This document shows positions 40,190 to 50,583 of a stretch of DNA of 50,583 bases, one piece after another. This DNA is from Intoshia linei. Its lineage: Eukaryota; Animalia; Orthonectida. Numbering within the stretch: the first letter of the stretch is position 1; each line of letters opens with the position of its first letter. The position numbers and the translations under genes are program-made. Below the pieces are notes generated by a model. The model was not told the origin of the DNA, made no database searches, and worked only from the letters and a program-made list of their open reading frames with translations. Location of the stretch: the NCBI GenBank assembly GCA_001642005.1, contig LWCA01000120.1, positions 1-50,583 on the forward strand. The letters run 5' to 3'.

Positions 40190-43100
40190 ATGATTTACAA
40201 AAGTGTATATAAAACAAAATTAGTGAAAAATGTGAATAATTTGATATGGATAATATGCGTTCCATACATAACCCTTTTAAATTATATACTATCCTTTATT
40301 CAAATGACCGATAAAGATCAAGATAATCGAAAAGACGACCCATGTTATGAACGATCTTGCATTATAATATTCGTTATTCCAATATTAGTCGTTCTTAGTG
40401 TAATTTTTGGGTTCATATTTGTTCCATTAATATTAGTTCGAATGTGTTTGCAAATTGAAAAAAGAAGATACGATTTTGAAGTTGTATACAGTTCTAATGT
40501 GACTAATGTTATTGAATCATCAAATAATTCGCTTCCTAAAAATTTAGTAAATGACACGTATAGAAAATCTTTAAATAACGGATCGAGTCTACCATATAAT
40601 GTAATATTTAACATACCTCCAATAGAAAAAATTTGCCAAACATCCAACTCGACTGAAATACAAGTTGTATGGCCAAAATCGAGAATTCACTTATTTACTA
40701 GTGATTTAATTTTACACTCTGAATGTTTCAATAAAATGCAAAATCTTAGTGAAACCGAATGGCGGACTAGACAAATTAGTGCAATTTTAAATAAAATTTG
40801 GAAAGATTCTCCTAATCAGAACGATAAAGATTCTATAGTTCATTATTTCTTATTACTCCAAAATATCACTAATAACAATTCACTAGGTTTTTTAACACGT
40901 TCTGTATTAAATAGTTCAGACACTCCTCTGCGTTGTGCCCTAATTAGAGGTTCACAGTTTTCCATCAATACTAATTTCTTTTGTAATGAATCTGGTCTAA
41001 TATTTTTTTCAAATTTGCTACCAATTGTCACCAAATTTATTCCTTTCTATAATAAAAGAATCAATATTAAATCGCTTTTTTCTCAAGGGTTTTATGCTAC
41101 TCTTCACAATTTGAATGATATTCATTTTAATGGCCGTAGAAACGAGAGACTTCAAAAACCTGATACCAATTTATCATATTATGCAATCTTTCATGTACAG
41201 TTGGAAATGAACGGTATTTATTTTACAATTTTTTTCGATTTATTTCAAAAAATTGGTTCATTTAACCTTTTAACACTCACCATTCATTTTGGATTAAATA
41301 TCGGAAGCTGTGATACAGAATATGTATATTGATGTCATTTAGTAGACGTTCAAATACTTTTTTGGTTGACGGACAATTTTTTAAAGGCAGTTTAAAGTTC
41401 TATCTAATATTATTAAAGAACATTTTTTCATATTCTAAACAAATTAATTAAAAAATTTTTTTTTTACTTTTCCGATTTTGTATCAAATTTGACAATAGTA
41501 TAGCACATCAGAGTTTCATGGTCTATTAATGTGCTTTTAAGCCGATTATTTTTGACCGATAAATTTTTTTTAAATTAAATATAGCGTAAGTATATATGTA
41601 ATACATGTATAATGTTACATTTTTAATGTATTAACTATGTAAATTATAATTATTAGTCACGAATGAAACATTTATCGAAAATTGCAGAACCCTTGAAAAT
41701 TGTGTGTCTCAATTTGAAAAAAGTTATAATATTGTATTATTTATGATTGCTGGTAACATTGATTCTACAGGTATTTATTTAAATTTTAATAAATCCTTTA
41801 GTTATACAATAAAAAAATGTCTGTGAGTGTGTTACCGTTTAATTAAAAAAATAAATCCTAGAATTTAAAAAAACATAAATTCTAGGATCGGATTTAAAAT
41901 CATGAGTATTATTGTAAATCGTAGCATCAAAACTTTACATTTTAACGATTTAAACCACAGATTATCCTTTTTTTGGAACAAGTTCTATAATTATAAAAAA
42001 AATTATAGCAAATAGTTATTTTCAGTTAACATACGCGAAACATGTCAAAATCAGATATTGACGCTTTCACGATTGAAAACGCTCTTTAGTAGTGATTTTT
42101 TTATTTGGTATCTTTTTTATTAAAAAAAGATTATTCTGATAGAATTTATACGGGTTGATTTAAAAAAAAGTTTGAACGTCAAAAATCTGCGTATACCCTA
42201 TTAAAAATGAATTTTTATATACATTTTTTGTATTACTAGCTTGACTGTTATGTACTTTGTACAAACAGCATCCTAGCTCTACCGTGAGCGAACTTTTTTA
42301 ATTCTATCAAAAAAATAAATGCAATAGTAAAATCTTGCTTAAAAATGCTACACTCACTATTATCAATCCTTTAAATGAGTGGTTCCTAAACTTGAATTTC
42401 ATTTTACCTATTAATTTGATTGAATTAATTAGTGAATTCATTTTATTTCGTTAACATTTGTATAAAGATTAGTCTAGTAGACTTTCAAAAACAATTTTGT
42501 GATACCATGTATTTAATGCATTAGAGAGATTGAGTGTATAATTATAAAAATAAAATCAAAACAGTAAAATCCTAAGAATTATCATAAATATCTTAAATTC
42601 CAGAAAAAATAAAATTATAAATAAACCTGTTTTGTTTTTTAATATAATGGTATATATTCAGTTTCTGCTGTCGAATCGAAAGCAGAAAGTTTCCACGAGT
42701 AAAAAATATTAAAATAAATATTTGAGAATCAAAACGTGCGTAGCAATGAAAAAAAATTCGAAGGAATCAATTATTTAGATTTACATCCATATTTTTTTTT
42801 TGGAAATGTGTAGACATTCAATGCACATTTTGTTTGAAATTGTGGGAAGATGATTTACATTTTAATTTTTAATTTAATCCAACATTTGAAAAATATTGGT
42901 TGAAAATATATTAAAAATTATTTTTCACCGGTAAAATGCTTTTTTGACCATGAAAGCATCATTTAATCAGATTGAATTTTTTTGTGTGTGTTAACTGGAT
43001 ATAACGCTATCATCTGTAATTTTTTTTAAAATTCAGGGTTGTTTTCATTTTTAAAAAAAAGAGTAATCTGGGTTTTTGAAAATGTTTTATCTGAAAATTA

Positions 43101-46100
43101 CCCTTTTTGAATATACCATTTATGATAATGCTTATGAATTTAAAAAAAATCCCAGAATTTATATTTTATAAAATTTTAGGACATGTTTCATTTTTAAAAC
43201 AAAGGGTAATTTGTGGTTTTGACTATGAAGGTATGCGTTTCTGAAGCTGAGATTAACGACAATGTTAATAATTTTAAAACGAGTCTCAGAATGTATGTTT
43301 TATTATATTTTTAGACGGATTTTTTTTAAACAAAAGTGAAAATTGTGCTTTTTACCTGAAAAAGTCTAATTCTGAAACTGAAAAAACTGTATTAGAAATT
43401 GGCTTTTCTAAATTCTACGACTGTTAATTTTTTAAACAATGGTAACACACAGACACACACTAAGACATTAATTTTTATACAACTAAAAGACAACCATTAT
43501 TTTTCAAATTTTTGAGTTAAATTAATAGACATGTATAAGATTTATTTTTAAAATCATTTCCATTTTGTCACGTTTTTGCTAAACAAAAATTAATTCGTTG
43601 AAAATAAAAAAATTACGATTTAAAAATGTTATAATCATTAATAATTTCATCTAGTGATTTTTTCCTGTCAATAATATCATTAGGAAATTTTTGATAATGA
43701 TAAATAAATTTTTTTTGGTTGCAATTATAAGATTTTGTACAATTTCTGTTCAATGGAGTATGAATGACATTAGATTGAAAATTTGAATAATGATATGCAC
43801 TGGTACAGTTTCTGGTGTACATGTTACGTGAATAATAGGTTATTGATATGTTTGATTTTGATTTATCTGAATTGGTACCTAGTAAAGACACGACAGATGG
43901 ACCCATTTCTGGAACTGTTCCATATTTAGGTATAGAATCGTTTGATACACATTTTTTATTTTCTTTACATGATTTGGCACGGATTTTTAATACGTTTTTT
44001 AAATTGTGGGTGCTTACGTTTGATATACCTTTTTGATTCATCGGAAAGTTTTTTTGATGTGTCGTAGGGTACGTTTTAATTGGTTCAGTTTCAATTGCCT
44101 TTTGGTTGTACTAACTTGATACAATATTCATATTTATAAATTCACCTTTTTAGTAAACTTTTCATTTTTTGTGGCCATCCAATTTCGATATTTTATCATT
44201 TTTTTATATTCAACTAAATTTATATTTTAACGTTTTTTGATTCAGTTTATCAAAAATTCTTCATTATAGAAATTTTTTTAACGTGATTTTTGTGGTTTGC
44301 AGAATTTCATTTTCAAAAAGCAAGGTTATTGCATAATAATTAAAATAAGAAAGAATTATTGAAATTGGGTGAAACTTAAACATGTTCCACAGTTCGTAAC
44401 TTTAACTTAAACTTGCAGGTGGTCACATTTGTCTATTCATCTTTAGTAAAGATTTTTTACACATTTAAGAAAACTATTAAGTTTTTTTAATAATAAAATG
44501 TAAACATTTAATCACTAATACATGTAGACATAATAATTATATAAATGAATACATTTTCAATTAGTGTGACAGTAAATTCAATAACAGTTACAACTACTAA
44601 TTGAATTAATTCAATTCATACACCGAATGATCAACACTATAAAATGTATAATGTCTAAAATATTTAAAATCATAACGTAGCTTTTTGAAATAAAAATTTA
44701 AATTTATAAATACACTCCCAAAGAGCCAGATTCCAACGGTATCTTCTTTCAATTTCAGAAATTTTGATTTTTAACTTTTTATTATAATCATTATGTAACA
44801 TTTTTTATATAAATGGAAATGAGTGGATCAATTGGGTCATCTATTGTGTTTTTATAGTTGTAAACATTTGTAATTTTTCTATAAATTATTTTTAGCGTTA
44901 AAGTATTTGCCAGATTTTCAAAATTGTACAGGAAATTTATGTAATTCCAATATTGTATTACATTTTATTGTTTAATTTTACTCATTGTAGGCACTAGTGT
45001 CCAAGAAAAATTTGTAAATAGCAAGGATATCAACGATAACCGCTTATACGCGTTTATTTAAATTTATAAAAGTTTAATACAATTCTAGTGCCATCGAAAA
45101 TCAGGATAAGACTGTTTTGGCTGAAAGGAACAAAACAAATATCTTTATAAGATATTCACCAAACGTTTCACGACAAAGTGTATCATTTAGCTAATTTTCA
45201 ATTATATAAGGCAGGGTTCCTATACTTTTTTCACCGCGAACCACTAAAGCGAAATTACTAGGTAAGATTAAGGAAATTTTCATAAAAAACGTAATAAATT
45301 GACTTGTAATTAGTAAATTAATTTTAAAATTATTTGGCGAACCGGCATTTGGGAAACGCTGCTATAAGGGTTTTTTATCTTCGCGATTGTGGTAGGGATC
45401 AGAGTTGCCCGATTAAAAAGTTCATATTGCGCAGAATAGTGCGTTGTAAAACTTAAATTTAAAAACTTTAAATTGATTTAATAGAAATAATCATTTACAT
45501 TGTAAATATAAAATTGTTAATTTTAAATATATTTTTTTAATTCAAAATTAATTATTTATTTCATTTGGGCTAAAAAATGGTGAAAATGAAATTTTTTGGG
45601 TTTACGATTTATGATAATGTTTATGATTTTAAAACCAATTTGAAAATTTATGGTGTATACAATTCTAGGACTTTTTTCATTTTTACAAAAAAAGGTAATT
45701 TAATGTTTTGCAGTGAAGATATAAGATTTTGAAATTGAAATTTAGCATATTATTGATGATTTTAAAATCTTTATCAGATTCTACATTTTTTATAATTCTA
45801 GGATTCGTGTAAATTTTAAAAAAAGGATAATTGCGGTTTATGACCTTGAAGGATTCAATTTCTGAAAAGTAAATTTGCGATAATACATCACTCTCGTAAA
45901 ACTGCAATAGAAATATGGCATTTTTAAAATTAGACTCCTTTTACTTTCGTAAACATATATAAACTAGAACAAACAGACAAATAAATAAATGGACAATGAT
46001 TAAGGATTGTATACAAAATTATAATTATTTAAAATTTTATTTTGTGAATTTTACAAGGTGAAATTGAATACATAATAAACCTAAATTGGTAATTGTACGT

Positions 46101-46177
46101 GTTTAGATTTAAACTTTAGTACGTTTTTCGGTTTTGCAAAAAAAGGTATTTCTGGTCTTTTTAAAATAAAATCATAA
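40190..46177 (+). CDS. Neutral sphingomyelinase 2 (SMPD3)-like protein, predicted catalytically inactive
   Basis: Exons 40190 (or 40169)-41213, 41657-41770, 44896-44940, 44991-45051, 45089-45177, 46107-46177 join in phase. SFIQMT...RKDDPC, two N-terminal hydrophobic segments, FTSDLILHSECFNKMQNLSETEWRTRQI and NESGLIFFS..PI...SLFSQG resemble recalled SMPD3 (SFIPTT...RADDPC, ATANVCLLPDSLARVNNL, NSGLFFASRYPI, ALASKG). Confidence 0.78.
42237..42590 (-). mobile_element. Helitron 3' part
   Basis: ctagcttgactgttatg...ctagctctaccgtgagc, similar to 27348 onward. Confidence 0.65.
43613..44310 (-). CDS. Unknown ~197-aa protein nested antisense in an SMPD3-like intron
   Basis: Exons 44310-44283 (tentative), 44213-44146 and 44110-43613 join in phase; the second intron is a 35-nt GT-AG intron; includes ORF 43613..44041. 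Confidence 0.6.
45212..45361. mobile_element. Small hAT MITE
   Basis: CAGGGTTCC/GAAACGCTG ends; TSD (a/c)TATAAGG. Confidence 0.75.
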
Positions 46178-47768
46178 TCGAAACAATACAATATGCAATA
46201 AGACTCCTACTGTAGGAGTCATTTAAAAATAATTACAAATTGTATACCAATAAAATATCAGCTTTTTTAAATTGATTTGGAAAAGGTTTAGTTACTACAG
46301 TGCACTGTTGTATAGATAATATCATATTATATATGAAAAAAAACTCAGAGTACATTATTGTATATTCAAAAAAAATGATATTAATTAGAATATAATGTAC
46401 AATGGTATCACCAATGGTACTTTGTCATCATTATATTAAATGAACCGAAAATTTTATATATTGTATTGTTAACATGAATATATTTAATTAGCCTACTCCA
46501 TGTCTATTAATTTTTTATAATTAATCAAATCTCAGTGACATAATTAAAATTGATCAACAATATCGAATATTAACCAAATTATATGATACATTTTAAATTT
46601 TAGCAAACAGTGACAATTAATACAACCTTAAAAGGCCTAACATCAAGTCTTTTGACGGAACTAGTGTTTGATGTTGTTTGTCAAAATATTGAATAAATTT
46701 TTGTGTTATTTCTTCACGACTCCCATACTGTGAGTACTATTATAGTACTTTTAAATATTTTAAGTTACTTTTTTTTTAATTTTCCATTTTGCAAGAATTT
46801 CAAATGGTATTATGGTAGTGTATTTTCTATTCTACCTCGTAATTTTAGAAAAGTAATGAATTTTCACAATTTAATGTGAAAATTATTTCTTTGTTTTATA
46901 AAATTGTTCACAATATCTTATTTTGTTAATTGATAATTAACTCACAGGTCTGTATTAAATTTTTAATACTCTTAACTAATTAATGAATATATTAAGAGTC
47001 TTGACTAGTTAACTTGTGGCTAACCTTGGCTGGTTACTATCTTTTCATCTTCCGAAGCCCCCCTGGATCATGAGGCTCCCGTGGAGAATAGCTAATTAAA
47101 CGCATAACCAATATAATTGACAAAGACATGAGAAATATCTACAATCAACAATCTACAAGTTTTTTGTAAATATTAAAAACACATGCTCTTTTTCTAAAAT
47201 AATAAATTTATTTATCTTATTTATAAAAATAATTGAAATTAACACTCATTTCGAATCAAGTGTAGTGAATAAAAATTTTATGAATAGACAATTGGTATAT
47301 CGATTGGAAACAAATAGTCATTTTTGTTTCAATTATGAATGCTTAGACATATTGCTACAAGGCACAACATTGTAGTAGTTACAGTTTTTGAGAAGTAATT
47401 TGTTGTCAGTCGAATCTATCAATATCGTGTCTCGGAATTGTTCAATTACATGCAATTTCGTTACAACAGTACAATATCCGGTTCAATGTTGAAATTATTA
47501 TTTCTCATTTTCCGAGTAACATAATATTTGACATTTAATTCAATCAAAACAATTTGTTTAATTTCACATCTTCATCGTTGAATTGATATTTGCATCGAGG
47601 CCAACAATAAAGGTACTTTTTAATTAATTGAAACCACATTTAATGTAGAAAATTCCGATGGAAAACATTTTTGTATGTACTTTAATGTGTGTACTTTCTT
47701 TAATGTCAAGTTTGTCGCAAAATTCAAGTAATTTTTATAGAAAATTGTTGTAATTGTAATTTGATTAG

Positions 47769-49339
47769 TTTACCTTGATGGTCAATCCTGTTCAACACAG
47801 ATTGTGGTCAGTGGTACTTCAATTTATTCTCACTCAGGATTCAACCAAAGACTTGCATTCAGTAAAAACATTGAATGCACAATTCGCCTAGTATCTAAAT
47901 TTAAAAATGGACATATAAATCTTATGGTAAAAAGTTTCCATTTACCGCAAAATTTCGAAAATATCGATAATCAATGTCACAGTGTTTTGTACATATTCAA
48001 TTTCAACAAAGTAAATAGTACCTCCAGTGTTGTAAGGATTTTCTATTTTTATATTCTTCATTGAAATTTTATTTTTTTAACCCTCATTACCAATTTTTTT
48101 TATATATTGGCATGGATTTGGAAAGTATTTTTTTTATATAGGCGACCATGTAAAATGACTGTTTTTGGAATTTTAATTATCCATTAATAAGCAATATTGA
48201 CGATACCATCTGCTTGAAATGATATGATAATTAAAATATATAATCCAATATTTATTAAATTTAACTCGCCTGTAATTATATGACGGTTTATTATCGATTA
48301 ATTTAAAATTTAATTTTTAGTCATGTTTATTTAGTTTTTGAGACTAAAAAATATACAATTTAGAAAAAAGATGATGGAACAAATGGTTATTGTGGTAAAA
48401 AAATATTTGAGAATTATTTATCCATTGGACCCAATATGACATTATATTTCAAGTAAATTTACTTATAAATTTTTATATCTATATTTAGAACTCAACGTAA
48501 TACAGTTGGTGGGTATGGTTTTCATATCATTGCTACCGCCGTTTATCAAAGTAATTAATTTTTTTCTCATGTTTATTGTAATATGATTTATATTTTACGT
48601 TTCAGTTTTCTGGTAATTCTCGTTGCCAGGCTGATTGGACTTCTTTTGACTCATGGATTCTAATAACTGATCCGCCAAAGCTTTGCTTATTTAAGTGTTC
48701 AATTTTTAGACTAGCCATAGTTCTTGATTTAGATTTTAAATTTAACACAAAAAATAGTTATAATATTCAATACAATCTTTACTTATATAATATGCTTGTC
48801 TATATTTGTTTGTGTGTGTGTTACCGTTTATTTCAATAACTACCAGTCTTAGAATTTTATAAAGTCTACATTTCAATTACTGTTTTTTCCAGGGATGTTA
48901 GCAAAATAAATTTCAATCTCCCAAACTCACATCTTACGGGTCAAAAACCCATATTGTTTTTTTTTAAAAATCAAACGAGTTCGAGAATTTAAAAAAATTT
49001 ACACTCTAATACGGATTTTAAAATCATAAATTTAAATTTAAAAAAATATATCTTCAGGGCCAAAACCACAAATTACCTTTTTTTTTAAATGAAAACAGCC
49101 TTATAATTTAAAAAAATTGTACAGTTGTATCCTGTTAACACACACAATTTATTAATTTGATAATTCACAATATTGTAACAACATATTATTTTTTTATTAT
49201 AATCACTTTATAGATAAATACTGTGCTGACAATTTCCAATGTAGATCAAGCCAATATTGTATAGATAAAGATTTAATTTGTGATGGCACAAAACACTGTT
49301 TTGATGAATCTGATGAAAGTACAATAATGTTATGTAAAG
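47769..49339 (+). CDS. CUB + LDL-receptor class A domain protein (partial; 5' end unresolved, continues past the window)
   Basis: IYSHSG...NIECTI, GYCGK, MTLYFK, GYGFHIIATA (CUB) then CADNFQCRSSQYCIDKDLICDGTKHCFDESDE (LDLa) in GT-AG exons. Confidence 0.85.
48776..49150 (+). mobile_element. Helitron 5' part
   Basis: A|TCTTTACTTATATAATATGC...; reverse complement of the 27700-28113 region. Confidence 0.75.
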
Positions 49340-49771
49340 GTAATTTTTTTTTATTTGGATGAATTTAATTTTTAAATTTAAGTGTTTTAAAAAAAATGTG
49401 AACTTTTAAAGAGGATTGTTTGTAATTGGAGACAATTAAGAAACTTTAATTAGATCCAAAATAGTATATTTAAAAGCCTTATAACATGAAATGTGTTGAA
49501 TCAATTTTCAGAATTATTAAAAATCAATGAAGGATTAAAAATTGCTAAAAATACTCAAAAGACCAGCAAAGTTAATTTTTCGTCCCCACCATCAATTTGC
49601 TAGGAATCGTCCAGCCTAAACATTGTATACGATTTTAAATTTTTTAATGTTATCATAAATAAGCAACACAAAAGTTTTAGATTTCACTATTCTTAGCCTA
49701 ATTAATATTTATTTAAACCACCTTAGCTTTCTTTATTTGTATTTGTAACCTTTTAAAATCAACCTTTAATG

Positions 49772-50583
49772 CAGGGGTTTGCGACAATTGAACAATCGGT
49801 GGCCAAATCTGTTTAGCGGAAATTCCTAGAAGCCACAACAAAAAATAAAAATAATTGTTGTATGTATTTGCATAAATTCCTTTTCTTTCATATGTTTATA
49901 TTACAAAGAATTGTTGCTCTTAAAATCAGTTCAATGAAGAGATTAAAAATAATTTCCTCAGAAAAGTAATTTATTTTGAACTGTTGAACTTGTTTTTGTA
50001 TTTAGCTGTTGCCAAATCGTCAATGTCTGGTTCAAACTTGCTAGTTTTCAAAATCAAACTCTTTAAAAGGTGTAGGTCTGTGATATTGGTTCGTTGGGAA
50101 CATTTTATTTTGGTCATGTGAGAAAATGTAGACTCGCAGCAATAAGTTGTTGAAAAAATTGTTAAAAGCATTCTTGTATTTTCACGCAAAAGTGATAATT
50201 TGTAGCATGACGCTAGATGTCAAAGATATCTTGGTTTTTCTGAAACCGGTCAATTAATATATTATCATTTTACAACTCAATCAACTCTAGTTAAAAATTA
50301 TCGTTACATTCATCGATCTTAACCATGTATGGCTCAAAAACAAGTTGCATTGATGGTTCAAATTTTTCAAAATCTTGAAACCGTGTCATACGCAAATGTG
50401 CAAGAAATCCTGAATTTTTACCAAGCATGGCAGGTGCTCCGTCTGTACAAATACTTATCATATTTTCTTTATTAAGATCATATTGAACAAACAGCTCGTT
50501 GCTTGATTATAAACATCCAATCCTCGAGTCTGTCCAGTGATCGTCTGCATACCTAACAATTCTTCAAAAAGATTAAAATTTTG
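49772..50583 (-). mobile_element. hAT (Buster/SPIN/GTF2IRD2-like) transposon relic, internally deleted
   Basis: EELLG..TI.GQTRG, TDGAPAMLGKNSGF, FSTTYCCESTFSHM (hAT dimerisation domain); CAGGGGT terminus at ~49772. Confidence 0.85.

Noticed and set aside
41214-41332. C-terminal tail of ORF 40169..41332 as a single-exon gene
   Set aside because: Homology continues better via the GT donor at 41214 into exon 41657-41770; the tail is intronic read-through
42662-42698. Possible extra SMPD3-like exon
   Set aside because: Not needed, because exon ending 41770 joins 44896 in phase, and the better donor gives the wrong phase; unsupported
47254-47266. ATCAAGTGTAGT resembling the U2 snRNA branch-recognition region
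   Set aside because: No U2 5' stem, no GTAGTA continuation and no downstream U2 structure; chance match

Overview
Very AT-rich eukaryotic (animal) genomic DNA with a standard genetic code. Introns are bimodal: tiny ones of about 35-55 nt and larger ones filled with DNA-transposon debris. The style suggests a compact, fast-evolving invertebrate or parasite genome such as an orthonectid; this is an inference only. Genes reconstructed by manual splicing: a minus-strand coiled-coil gene (GCC2-like N-terminus) head-to-head with TBC1D31/WDR67; UQCC1/CBP3; ARMC3; a 61-aa membrane microprotein; an SMPD3 (neutral sphingomyelinase 2)-like gene whose catalytic motifs are all degenerate and which hosts a nested antisense gene; and a CUB+LDLa gene. 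Mobile DNA includes hAT, Tc1/IS630, pogo, Mutator-type foldback, piggyBac and Sola2-like relics plus an abundant non-autonomous Helitron. The most notable observation is a structurally intact U1 snRNA (about 22113-22263) whose 5' splice-site recognition arm reads AATTTACGAC instead of canonical ATACTTACCTG, in a window where donor sites almost never have G at +5. All homology calls come from recalled family motifs; no database search was run.
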